Below are positions 16,676 to 32,020 of a stretch of DNA of 64,000 bases, one piece after another. The translations under genes and the position numbers were made by a program. The notes under the pieces were generated by a model. The model did no database searches and was not told the DNA's origin. It worked only from the letters and a program-made list of their open reading frames with translations. Position 1 is the first letter of the stretch; the number at the start of each line of letters is the position of its first letter. The stretch lies in the NCBI RefSeq assembly GCF_009914755.1, contig NC_060940.1. One strand, 5' to 3'. The stretch is from the human T2T-CHM13v2.0 reference genome, Homo sapiens.

Positions 16676-16925
16676 AATTACAGTCACCAGTAATTCTACT
16701 AGCCACAGACAACAGCATCCATTAACACTTTTTTTTATCCAGTTTCTATTTCCTATGCATATCTTTAGCATAATTAGGAGCTTACCAAATACAGCATTTT
16801 TTTAAAAACCCTATTAGAGTGTTATTGACTTAAAAGGGATAATTGACAATTAAACAGCACATGTTTCATCTGTATAATAGAATCTTTTCACACTTGTGTA
16901 CACACATGACAAGAAAATGAACATT

Positions 16926-17210
16926 GCCAGGTACAGTGGCTCACACCTGTAATCCCAGCACTTTGGGAGGCTGAGGGAGACAGATCACTTGAGCTCAGGA
17001 ATTCGAGATCAGCCTGGCCAACATGGTTAAACCCCGTCTCCACAAGTAGATAAGTTAGCTGGGTGGTGGCAGGTACCTCTAATCCCAGCTACTCGGGAGG
17101 CTGAGGTAGAATTGCTTGAACCTGGGAGCCAAGCAGAGGTTGCAGTGAGCCAAGATCACACCAATGCACTCCAGCCTGGGAGACACAACGAGACTCCATC
17201 TAAAAAAAGA
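16926..17210 (+). mobile_element. Alu (AluS-like), paralog of 21060-21367
   Basis: Shared flanking repeat AATGAACAT and private variants. Confidence 0.9.
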
Positions 17211-17789
17211 TAATGAACATTTCCAACACTAAGTTTTTAATGAATTTTGAAATAATTTTAAGTTTACAGAAAACTTACATAGTAGAGACAATTCTTTATT
17301 TCAGTCGCCTGAATATTAAAATCTTACATGCTTATATTTATTAAAGCCCAAGAAATATTGGCACATTACTATTAACCAAACTATGGGCTTTTTTGAATTT
17401 TATCAGCTTTTCCACTTACATCCTTTTTCGGTTCCACCATCCAATCCAACATCTCACACTGTATTTACCCAAATACGGTTTAATATCTTGTCATTACCAC
17501 ATTACTAAGTAATTGTGTGGTGGAAATCTCTTCAAAAACATTGTTTTAAAGGTTGCTTCATTTTTCTTGATATCAATTCACTTTATTGCTTAACTTAGAG
17601 ATTATTCCCAAGTTTTGCTCTTATAAGCACTGCTGCTATGAAATTCTTTGTATCTACGTCTTCCTTTATATCTCATTGTTTCCTTGGTATCTCCTCCTTG
17701 AAATAAAGCCAGGTCAAACGTCCTTTGATAATGCTTGCTTTAAATCTTAAAGAATGCAGAAACACTTGGCAACCATCCCAAGAATACTT

Positions 17790-18300
17790 TTCTAGTGAAG
17801 AATCATTCATGGAAGCAAAAATTAAAGGATGGAAGTTTAATGATAAACAGGATATTTACATGATCTCAAAATATCTCCCTGCATATTACTTGTCAACTAC
17901 CAAAAAATGAGTACCAACTTTACATTGGAGAAAACTGGCAGGACAGTTAATGTCAGAACAAGGCCAATCAACATCATGGGCTTCACCTGGCATGCTAAGG
18001 CAAAAAACAATCAGCCTGTGATCATCTTGCCAAAGATGCAAAACCTGAACTGAATAACGAGAACATGCCAAGCAAACAGCATCGAGGGACATGTACCTAA
18101 TAATGGGCTTGCACTCTTCGAAACCTTCAATGTCGTGAAAGTCTGAGGAACATTCTAGGTGAAAAGAGATTAAAGGGACATGACCACTAAATGCAAAGCA
18201 TGATCCTGGATGGAATCCTGAGCCAGAAAGATTCCTAAAAATTATGATGTAAGATACATTTTTGGGAAAATTGATCCGTAGATTAGATCATAGTACCATA
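17790..18300 (+). mobile_element. L1MC-like 3' fragment, paralog of ~22000-22540
   Basis: ATATTTACATGATCTCAAAATATCTCCC..GACATGACCACTAAATGCAA..GATCCTGGATGGAATCCTG. Confidence 0.65.
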
Positions 18301-18953
18301 TCAACGTCTTTTTTTTTTTTTTTTTTTTTTTTTAAAGACAGTGTCTCACTCTGTCACCCAAGCTGGGCATGGTGGTTCATGCCTGGAATCTCAGCACTTT
18401 GGGAGACCTGCTCAAGGGGAGCTGGCAGAAGTACAGAGGCTGACAGAGCTCAGACTTAGACTCTTGGGTCCTTCGGGATGAATCATGACCCGGGAAGCAG
18501 TGGGCACTCCCCTATTACAGCGGTCTCTGGAGCTGCCTTCTAGTTAAATCATTGCCTGCAGCGGGGAGGAGCAACGGGGTTGCCGCTCTTTCTGCACGCC
18601 CACCGTCTCCCAGAACAGTGCTCAGAATGAGTAGCCCCCACTTTTAAGAAAGCTTCTCCCAGAGCTGGGCACTGTGGCTCACACCTGTAATCCCAGCACT
18701 TTAGAAAGCCGAGGCAGGTGGAGCAACTACGATCAACCTGACCAATATGGCAAAACCCCATCTCTACTAAAAATCTAAGAACTAGCCAGGCGTGGTGATG
18801 GGCACCTGTAATCCCAGCTACTCGGGAGACCGAAGGAGGAGAATCGCTTGAACCCGCGAGGCGGAGGTTGCAACCAGCAGACACTGAGATCACACCACTG
18901 CACTCCAACCTGGGTGATACAGCATGACTATCCGAACAAAAAAAGGGCCTCTT

Positions 18954-19250
18954 GGCCAGGCGTAGAGGCTCACACCTCTAACCCCAGCACTTTGGGAAGC
19001 CAAGGCGGGTGGATCACGAGATTAGGAAATAGACCATCCCGGCAAACACAGTGAAACACTTTCTACTGAAAAAACAAAAAAATTAGCCGGGCATGGTGGC
19101 GGGCACCCGTGGTCCCAACTACTCCGGAGACTGAGGTAGGAGTACGGTGTGAACTCAGGAGTCAGAGATTACAGTGAGCCAAGATTGCACCACTGCAGTC
19201 CAGGCTGGGTGACAGAGTAAAACTCCGCCTTAAAAAAAGAAAAAAAGAAG
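18954..19250 (+). mobile_element. AluY-like insertion unique to copy B
   Basis: GGATCACGAG..GACCATCCCGGC..GGTGTGAAC diagnostics; absent from copy A; TSD-like AAAAGGGCCTCTT/AAAAGGCTTCCTT. Confidence 0.85.
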
Positions 19251-19427
19251 AAAAAAGGCTTCCTTGGGCCCCTACTGCCGATTTCTGTCCGTCCCTGCTG
19301 TACTATGACCAAGCCCATCCAGCCTCCCCCTAGCCTTAATTCCCTCAGACTTTCTGCCTCTACCTACCACACCAAGCTTCTCTCAAGCAATCCCCTCGCT
19401 CCTCCCTCCTGAACTGCAGTGGCCAAC

Positions 19428-20071
19428 TGAGTCCCCCTAATGACTGGCAGTTCAGGAGCCTGCTCCATGATCGGGTCACGCAGGCAAATGGACACAGCTT
19501 ACCTAAAACCCGCAGGAAAGAGAAAGAAAACTACTCACCACTCTGACTTACAGGAACGTACTACCGAAGCCGTGGAAAATCCAGCGAGAAACGACGGGGC
19601 ATGGGCCTGCAGTATTTATAAGGGGCTGGTTAATACAATCCACACCTGTTCCAGGCTTCTGCAAGCCCGTGACAAACTCGGGTCCCAGGGCAGAGCCTGG
19701 ATCTCCACCACCTGTGTCGGCTTCACCCAGGGTGCTTAAACACTCCCTGAGTCCCCCGAATGAGTGGCAGCTCAGAAGCCTGCTCCAGGGCTGGGTCACC
19801 GGAGAAATGCACACAGCTTGTCTGAGGTCTGCGGGGAGAGGGAGAAAGGGACTATTTACCTCTCTGACTTCCAAGGAACCTACTCTTGGGGCTGTGGGGA
19901 ATCCAGGGAGGTGCAGCTGGGCCTTAACCTGGAAGATTTAGAAGGGGCTGGTTAATACGATCCACACCTGCCCCAGGCTTGTGCAAGTCCGTGGCAAACT
20001 TGGGTCCCAGGACAGAGCCTGGATCTCCACCACCTGTGTTGGCTTTACCCAGGGTGGTTAAGAAACATTCC
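19428..20071 (+). repeat. Two tandem ~320-bp modules (19428-19746, 19747-20071); third copy at 15698-16015
   Basis: Each begins TGAGTCCCCC and ends ACCCAGGGTG..AACA(C/T)TCCC. Confidence 0.93.
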
Positions 20072-22560
20072 CTGGCCCCACCCCAGAGCCAGCGCTGCTG
20101 CTGGTGGGGCCTGGGACTCTGCATTTTCACGAGCATCGAATACCGTCTCCTCCCACCGTGACACACACAGAGGCCTCCTCCTCCTGGATCCAGGTCTTGG
20201 TGTGTCTACTTCCAAGCTCTTTATTACCAGGAGATGAGAGAGGTCTCATCTATGAGGGGTGTTCTTTCTTTGTGTTTTATCTCATTGTCTTAACAAGCCA
20301 AGGGAGGATCTCAGTTCTCACTTCCAACCTTGAGGCAGACACATTACGTACACGGAAGCAACGGTTTATTATCGCACATCAGGCTGTTTGAACACAGTGG
20401 CTCCCGTCTGTATTCAAGTCTTGCATGCCTATTATGCAGAATTTGAAAACTACATCCAATTGTAAAAATAAAAATGATAGTGGCCAGGTGTGGTAGCTCA
20501 CGACTATAATCCCAGTTTGAGGCTGAGGTGAGCGGATCCCTCGAGACCAGGAGTTTAACACCAGCCCAGGCAACATAGTGAAACCCCATCTCTACAAAAA
20601 AATAAAAAATAAAAAAATTAGTCAGGTGTGGTGGCATGCACCTGTAGTCTCGGCTACTCTGGAGGCTGGGGCAGGAGGATGACTTGAGCCCAGGACTTCA
20701 AGGCTGTAGTGAGCTATGATTGTACTACTGCACTCCAGCCTGACTGGCAGAGAGAAACTCTGTCTCTATAAAAATAAAAAAATAAGAATTAGAATCACCT
20801 GTAATCCTACTAGCCACAGACACCAGCATCCATTAACACTGATATTTTTTCAGCTGGTTTTTATTTCCTATGCATATACTTTAGCATAATTAGGAGCTTA
20901 CCAAATACAGCATTTTTCTCCTTTTTTAAGAAAACACCTATTCAGCTGTAATTGACTTAAAAGGGATAATTGACATAATTAAACAGCACATATTTCATCT
21001 GTATAATAGAATATGTTTTCACACTTGTATACACCCATGACAGTCAACATAATGAACATGGCCGCGTGCAGTGGCTCACACCTGTAATCCCAGCACTTTG
21101 GGAGGCTGAGGCATGCGGATCACTTGAGCTCAGGAGTTCGAGATCAGCCTGGCCAAAATGGTGAAACCCTGTCTCTACTACAAGTACATAAATTAGCCGG
21201 TGTGGTGGCAGGTGCCTGTAATCCCAGCTAATCGGGAGGCTGAGGTAGAAAAATTGCTTGAACCTCGGAGGCAGAGGTTGCAGTGAGCCAAGATCGCACT
21301 AATTCACTCCAGCCTGGGAGACACAGCGAGACTCCATCTCGAAAAAAAAAAAAAAAAAAAAAAAAAAGATAATGAACATTTCCAACACTCAACACTTCCA
21401 GGTTAAGTTTTTAATGATATTTTTATTTTGGAATAATTCTGCGTTTACAGAAAACTTACAAAGATAGTAGAGACAATTCTTTATCTCTCAGTCCCCTGAA
21501 TATTAATATCTTACATGCCTATGGTATATTTATTAAATAAAACACAAGAAATTAATATTGGCACATTACTATTAACCAAACTATGGGCTTTATTTGAATT
21601 TTATCAGCTTTTCCACTGATGTCCTTTTTCTGTTCCACCATCCAATCCAGCATCTCACATTGCATTTAGCCAAATGTGGTTTAATATCTTGCCATTACTT
21701 ACCACCTTACTAAGCATTACGTGGTGGAAATCTCTTCAAAAACATTGTTTTAAAGGTTACTTCGTATTTGTTGATATCAATTTACCGTATTGCTTCACTT
21801 AGGTTATTCCCAAGTTTTACTCTTATAAGCACTGTTGCAATGAAATTCTTTATATCTAAATCTTTCTTTACATCTCATATTGTTTCCTTGAGATATCCTC
21901 CTTGAAATAAAGCCAGTATGTCAAAGGTCCTTTCATACATGCTTGCTTTAAATCTTCAAGAATGCAGAAACACTTTGCAACCATCCTAAGAATACTTTTT
22001 TTCCAGTGGAGAATCATTGATGGAGGCAAAAATTAAAGGATGGAAGTTTAATGAGAAACAGGGTATTTACATGATCTCAAAATATCTCCCTGCATATTAC
22101 TTGTCGATTACCAAGAAACGAGTACCAACTTTACATTGGAGAAATCTGGCAGTACTGTTAATTGAGTAATCAAAGTTAACAACATCAAAACAAGGCAAAC
22201 CGACATCATGGGCTTCACCTGGCATGCGAAGGCAAAACAAAATCAGCCTGTGATCATCTTGCCAAAGATGCAAAACCTGAACTGAATAACGAGAACATGC
22301 CAGGCAAACAGCATCGAGGGACATGTACCTAATAATGGGCTTGCGCTCTTCAAAACCTTCAATGTCGTGAAAGGCTGAGGAACATTCTAGGTGAAAGGAG
22401 ATTAAAGGCACATGACCACTAAATGCAATGGATGATCCTGGATGGAATCCTGAGCCAGAAAAATTCTTAAAATTTTGATATAAGATACATTCTTGGGAAA
22501 ATTAATCCGTGGATTAGATCGTAATACGATGACAACGTCAATTTCTTTTCTCTTCTTTTC

Positions 22561-23006
<446 letters not shown>

Positions 23007-23182
23007 AGAAAACTCTTAGCAAAGTGATGGTGAGATGCTTCCATAAAGTCTTGAAGCTTCCAACTTACAGAAAAACTGTGATATTAGAACAAAGAACTTC
23101 CATATACCTCTCACCTGGAGACCTTATTCAAGTTTTGATAATTGTCCCAGTGATGCTCTTTAGAGCAAAGGGACACAGCTCA

Positions 23183-23738
<556 letters not shown>

Positions 23739-24356
23739 TCACCGAGCCCAGTAAAGCATTGTTTACTCTTGGACGGGTTCCTCGTTTTTTGTTCTTTGAT
23801 CACATTTGAGATTATAGTGAATACATAACATTTTGTGGGTACGTAGCCTCTCACGGCAAGCTTATAAAAATACTGACTTTTGCCCTTGCTCTTTCTATCC
23901 CAAGCCTACTGAACAGAATCCCCAGGGCTGGGGATCTCAGCATCCATATTTTCCAATAGTTCTCAGGTGTGCTGGTATACCCACTCAAGATTAAGAACCA
24001 CTCTTTGCATTCTGCCTTTGTCATTTAATATTATTTCCTAAACATTTCCCTTCACCACTGGAAGCTCTTGTCAATTACTTATATGAGCATGCATTATTTA
24101 TATTATGCAAATAATTTTTTAAAAGATCTTTTACCAGCCAGACTCATAATTCTGCTTTATAACTTGTGTGAGAGGATTTGCCTAGAGTCGGGCGCTTGGC
24201 TGGAGTGAGGGGAACGTTTGTGGAATCTCCATGAGACAAATTGGACCCAAAAATCAGGAAACAGAGTGAAGTGGAATCTGTCCTAGAGACTCACACGTTT
24301 TTAGGAAATCATGAATTGGTGACATTACACTGGATGGTAATATCTAGTCAAATTTA

Positions 24357-24908
<552 letters not shown>

Positions 24909-25206
24909 TTAGACTTTGATCCAACAATTCTACTGCAAGGAATTGTTTTTCTGTGAATATACTGCACATAAAGCAAGGACTGAGGATGTAAAGAGCTCAC
25001 TGAGGTATTGTTTGTGATAACGAATGACCACATACAGCCTAGACATCCATCCACACAATACGGAAATGATGTAATAAACACCATGGAAAGAATGTAGCAT
25101 TCTTTGTGCTTTTGAGCCACTTCCAAATATCTTATTAAAATAATTGTGTGCCTTTTTAAAAAAATTAGATATACGTATTCCTAGACATGAGTATTCATAT
25201 TTTCAT

Positions 25207-25418
25207 AGAGACCCTGTCTCTACAAAAATAAAAATAATTAGCTGGGCATGATGGTGGTGTGTGCCTGCGGGCCCAGTTACTTGGGAGGCTGAGGCAGGAG
25301 GATCACTTGAACTTGAGCCTGGGAATTTGAGGCTGTAGTGAGCTGAGATCGTGCCACTGCACTCCAGCCTGGGCAACAGAGCGAGACTCCATCTCAAAAA
25401 AAAAAAAAAAAAAAAAAC
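25207..25418 (+). mobile_element. 5'-truncated Alu
   Basis: Right monomer with poly(A). Confidence 0.9.
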
Positions 25419-25509
25419 CACTTATGGAAGGATACACAAGGGACAGTTAAAATAGTCATGACTTGTGGGGAGGTGGCGTTGCAGGTCAGTGATAAAAGTG
25501 AGATTTGAT

Positions 25510-25827
25510 TATTTATTTATTTATTCCTGTATTTATTTTTGAGATAGGGTCTTGCTCTGTCACCCTGGCAGGCTGCAGTGCGATGGCACTATCATGGCTC
25601 ACTGCAGCCTCCAGCTTTGAGGCTCAAGTAATCCTCCCACTTCAGCCTCTTAAGTAGGTGGGACTATAGGCGTGCACCACCTTGCCCAGCTAATTTTTTA
25701 TTTTTTATAGAGATGAGGATTCTCCATGTTTCTCTGGGCTAGTCTCGAACTCCGAGGCTCAACGGATCCTCCCACCTCGGCCTTTCAAAGTGCTGGGATT
25801 ACCGGCTTAAGCTACTGTGTCCAGCTG
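25510..25827 (-). mobile_element. Alu (AluJ-like)
   Basis: Antisense dimer. Confidence 0.9.
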
Positions 25828-26396
25828 ATTTTTATAATGTATCTTCCGGTGCTGTTTGAAAATTTTACCATGTGGTTGTATTATCTATTCAGGAGGCTGA
25901 GGTGGGAGGATTTTTAAAAACTTTTTAAGAACTAACTACAAATAAAGAGATGCTACTGAAACAGTAGCTTCAGCGGGAAGGCAGTGATTTGGAGCATGTG
26001 TGGGTGGAGCACAGGCCCGGCGTCGTATTTCTAGGTGATCCTAATGGGTCTTGACACCTTCACCTAATTAAAGTGGGCGAGCACAGAGGTGTCTGCTGGT
26101 TCTCGGAGTGCATCTGTCACCGGTCCCGCCACAGCGGGAGGCTAGCATGCTGAGCATGTGGAATGTGGAGCCTCGGCCCTGCAGCCTGGGCAGCTGGAGT
26201 TCAGACCGCTGGTTCCCAGATCAGCTCCCAGCTCAACAGGCTTCTTGCTATGACAGATACAGGGCAGCAGAGTGTTCAGCCTCCAGCTTCCAGGCAGCCC
26301 ACCTGCCCTTTCTGTGCTGTAAATGCCTCCTCCCAGGTTCATGGAGTGGCTACCGTGCCTTGAAGCCCACCTGTGTCCAGTCTAATGTGATGGTCA

Positions 26397-26760
<364 letters not shown>

Positions 26761-26989
26761 TCAACCACTTACTGTGCAGCCTTGAGAACTGTACCCAGTT
26801 TTTGTGAGCCCTTGTTTCCTCATTGGTAAGATAGAGTTAATAATATCTCTCTCTCCAGGGGCTGTAAGAATTAAATGAGGTCATTTGTAGGAAGAATTCA
26901 TCAAATATCAATTATTTATTTCATGAACAAACCTTTATCAGGCACGCTAGTAGGTGCCAAATCCCCTGCTAGGAGCTGGAGATTTAAAA

Positions 26990-27329
<340 letters not shown>

Positions 27330-27333
27330 TAAA

Positions 27334-27636
27334 CGGCTGGGCAAGATGGCTTCTGCCTGTAATCCTAGCACTTTGGGAGGCCTAGGTGGGAGGACCCCTT
27401 GAGCCCAGGAGTTTGAGACCAGCCTGGGCAATATCATAAGACCCTTGTCTCTACAAAACTCTTTTTTTTAAAAATTAGCCAGGTGTGGTGGCACATCCTG
27501 TAGTCCCAGCTACTCAGGAGGCTAAGGGAGGAGGCTCTCTTGAGCCCAGGAGTTTGAGGCTGAAGTAAGATATGATTGCACCACTGCACTCCAGCCTAGG
27601 TGACAGACCAAGACCTGTCTCTAAAAAAGAAAAAAA
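27334..27636 (+). mobile_element. Alu (AluJ-like)
   Basis: Dimer, head-to-head with the previous Alu. Confidence 0.92.
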
Positions 27637-28706
27637 CAGTGACATGGTTTTTGCCGTTAAGTAATTCACAGTCAAACAGAAAAGAGGTAATATATAATAT
27701 TAATAGTTTTTAAAAAACAATCCCAGAAAAAAACTGTCCCAGATTTATCATCTTATTTAATTTTATTACAATCCTCTGAGGTAGCTATTATTATTCGTAT
27801 TTTATACATGAGGAAATGAAGGTCCAGAGAAAAGTGGAGCAGTGCACTGGAAGGTAAAGGAAGTTAATTGGCTAACAGACAAGAGAATTCTCTGGGGTTC
27901 TCTGGTGACAGTTAACACACTCTTTCAAGGCTACTTTAAGCAATTTTTTTAAATGGAGGAAATTTGACATAGGGATCCAGGGGCCTCATGTAATGCCTGT
28001 CATCAAAGTGCAGACAATGTAGCTAGCCCTCCCCCAGGAAAAATAGGAAGTACGACAAAGTTAGTATTTTCTGCATCAAAGCCAGGCCTGTCTTTCCTTC
28101 TTTCATCATTGCCTCCTTTTGTGCATCTGCCTCTTTCTTCATCGTCAATCTGTCTTCAGAGCACAGGGCAGAAAATGACCATCCTTGACTCAGACACATA
28201 CCATCTCCATGACTGATACATACCATCTCCATGGAGGAGACCAGCCGAGATAGCAACAGGACTCCTCCAAGGAAAGACAATCTGGTTGGCCCAGGCTGGA
28301 CCACGTGTTTACTTCTTGACCAATCAGCTATGGCTAGAAAGTCAAGTAGCCTGCTCATTGGTGGAGCAGGTAATCTTCAAACAGGAGGGTCTGGGTGGCT
28401 GTGTCCACCCTGGGAACCTCCAGAAAAGCAATAAATTTCAATAAACAGAGCAAAAGGGGTGTCCAAAAAAGGACTTCCTGAAGAAGATGACATTGAAGCT
28501 TTTCCCCAAACGCTTGTCTTTTCTTCATTAAATCTATAATTTCCAAAGCACTTAAGTGATGTAGAATGTCTTATTTAGGTCAGCAAATGTTACCTTGAAA
28601 AATGAGAGAGAAAAAATAAAAACAGCCCTGGCCACTTTTCAATCCTTTTTATATAAAAGTACAATTATCCAATATGTCCCTGAAGGAATAGAGCTGGTAC
28701 TCTCAT

Positions 28707-29517
28707 GTATGCACTAACGAGTGTTCCCTAAAAAGATATGTCCACTTCCTAACCTCACGTACCTGGGAATGGACTCTTATTTGGAAATACAGTCTTTGCA
28801 GATGCAATTAAGTTAAGGATCTCAAGATGGAAGCATCCTGGATTATCCAAGTGGGTCCTAAATCCAATATCTATTGTCCTTATAAGAGAAAACACTGGGA
28901 AATTTAAGATACACAGTCACGGGGGAGAAAGCCATGTGAACTCACGTGTAGACGGAGGCAGAGACTGGAGTGATAGTTTACAAGCTGAGGAACACCAAAG
29001 ATTGCTTCAACCACCAACAGCTGGGAGAGAGGCATGGAACAGATTCTCCCTCGGACCCTCTAGAAGAAAGGAACCCTTCCAAACCCTTCCCACACCTTGA
29101 TTTCACATTTCTGGCCTCCAGAACTGTGAGAAAATAAATTTCTATTTTTTTTTTGTTTGTTTGTTTTGAGACAGAGTTTTGCTCTTGTTGGCCAGACCGG
29201 AGTGCAATTGTGCGATCTCGGCTCACCACAACCTCCACTTCCCAGATTCAAGCAATTCTCCTGCCTCAGCCTCCTGAGTAGCTGGGATTACAGGCATGCG
29301 CCACCACACTCTGCTAATTTTGTATTTTTAGTAGAGACGGGGTTCCTCCATGTTGGTCAGGCTGATCTCAAACTCCCAACCTCAGGTGATCCACCCTCCT
29401 GGGCCTCCCAAAGTGCTGGGATTACAGGCATGAGCCACCGCGCCCGGCCCAGTTTCTGTTGTTTTAAGCTGCCCATTTTATGGTAAGTTCTCACAGCAGC
29501 AACAGCAAACTAACACA
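28707..29517 (+). mobile_element. MLT1B/C MaLR LTR with antisense Alu at 29146-29449
   Basis: CTTATTTGGAAATA..TTGCAGATG..AAGTTAAG; AATAAATTTCT; ends AAACTAACACA. Confidence 0.85.
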
Positions 29518-30069
29518 GGTATCAGTACGTGCCTTCCCAAACAGCCATGGTGCTCAGGACACATGTAGCGCATGCCCCTTCAAAGGACAGCCAGCTCAGA
29601 ATGAGACACTTCATGGGGGCCAGGTCTCCAATCACAGGAATGGAACCCCCACAGCCCTGTCTGTGTTACTGGAAGTTACCCTGCCCTGCCCTACCTATAG
29701 CTGATTGGTCAAAATTAGGCACTTGACCTAAGCCAGCCAATCTGGGTTTTCCCTGAGGATTCTTCTAGCCAGGAATAAGTCATTCATTCTCTTGTGGTTG
29801 GCGACAGAAATCATAAGATGGGAACCTGGCGCATGGAAGCACCTGTGTTTCCTGGTGCATGGAAATAAGAGTCTGTAGTATGAGGGAGTGAAGGCATAGC
29901 GAAAAGGAACAAGGTGGATGACTTGGAGACACTGAGATCCTTGAGACCACACTCTCTCTCCCTCCCCTTCCCGTGACCTGGGTGAACCGCCCATTTTGCA
30001 TCCCATGAGCCAATACAGTTTTCTGGTTTTGGTTTAAGCTGATTTGAGTTAGCTTTCCACCACTTGTTG

Positions 30070-30800
<731 letters not shown>

Positions 30801-30996
30801 AAATAATACAATACTTGAGGGAGCTATAGCGCAGCTACATTTTGGACACCGTGTGGATCTCGGTGAACATTTACCTGTGGGGCCTGTCCAAATACCACTG
30901 AATGTTCACTTTGAAGGGAACTATTTGTGTAAGGCACACATTCTCACAGTGTGAGCTGGAAAACACTGATCACACTGATTTTTTTGTGTGTCACAT

Positions 30997-32020
30997 GTTG
31001 TAGTAATGCATTTGTTGCTCAGACCGCCATGACACAACATCGTAGACTAAGTGGCTTACGCAGCAGATTTTTTTTTTCTTGCAGTTCTGGAGGCTGGAAG
31101 TCCAAGGTCAAGGTGCTGGCCAATTCACTTTCTGTGACTTAATCTCTTCCTGGCTTGCAGATGGCTGCTTTCTTGCTATGTCCTCTCCTGGACTTTCCTT
31201 GGTGCACGTGCAGACAAAGAGAGTGAGCAGACACTCTGGTGTCTCTGCTTTTTAAAAATCGTTTTAGACACAGAGTATTGCCCTGTTGCCCCGGCTGGAG
31301 CAGCAGATTGGTGCAATCTGTTGCACCAAGATTGTGATACAACCATAGTTCACTGCAGCCTCAACCTCCTGGGCTCAAGTGATCCTCCTGCCTCAAGCTC
31401 CAGAGTAGCTAGGACTACAGGTGCATGCCACCATGTCCAGTTAATTAATTTTTTTTCTTCTTTTGTAGAGATGAGATCTTGCTGTGCTGCCCAGACTGGT
31501 CTGGAACTTTTGGCCTCAAAAGATCCTCCTGCCTTGGCCTCCCAAAGTGCTTGGATTTCAGGCATGAGCCACCAAGCCCAACCTGGTGTCATCACTTCTC
31601 TCTTTTTTTTTTTTTTTTTGAGATGGAATCTTGCTGTTGCCCAGGCTGTAGTGCAGTGGCATGATCTCAGCTCACTGCAGCCTCCACCTCCTGGGTTCAA
31701 GCAATTCTCCTGCCTCAGCTTCCTGAGTAGCTTGGGATTACAGGCACCTGCTATCACACCTGGCTCATTTTTGTATTTTTAGTAGAGATGGGGTTTTGCC
31801 ATGCTGGCCAGGCTGGTCTCAAACTCCTGACCTCTTGATCTGCCCACCTCAGCCTCCCAAAGTGCTTGGATTTCAGGTGTGAGCCACCAAGCCCAACCTG
31901 GTGTCTCTTCTTATAAGGACACAAATCCTATCAGATCAGGGCCCCACCCTTTTGACCTCAATTAATCTTAATTACTTTCTTAGAGGCTCCATCTCCAAAT
32001 ATAGCCACATTGGGGTTAGG
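30997..32020 (-). mobile_element. MLT1A-like MaLR LTR with two antisense Alus (31262-31583, 31603-31898)
   Basis: CAGTTCTGGAGGCTGGAAGTCCAAGGTCAAGG..TCTTCTTATAAGGAC..GGCCCCACCCT. Confidence 0.85.

Larger units (their letters stand above)
18515..20344 (-). pseudogene. Candidate copy B of the micro-gene (exons 20322-20344, 19539-19606 [duplicate 19860-19928], 18515-18555)
   Basis: Splices in frame to [42 protein letters not shown], with one internal TAG at 19561-19563. Confidence 0.45.

Noticed and set aside
19613-19620. TATAAATA as proof of a new promoter in module B1
   Set aside because: It coincides with the acceptor tract and is too close to the ATG at 19600-19602; kept only as an alternative hypothesis.
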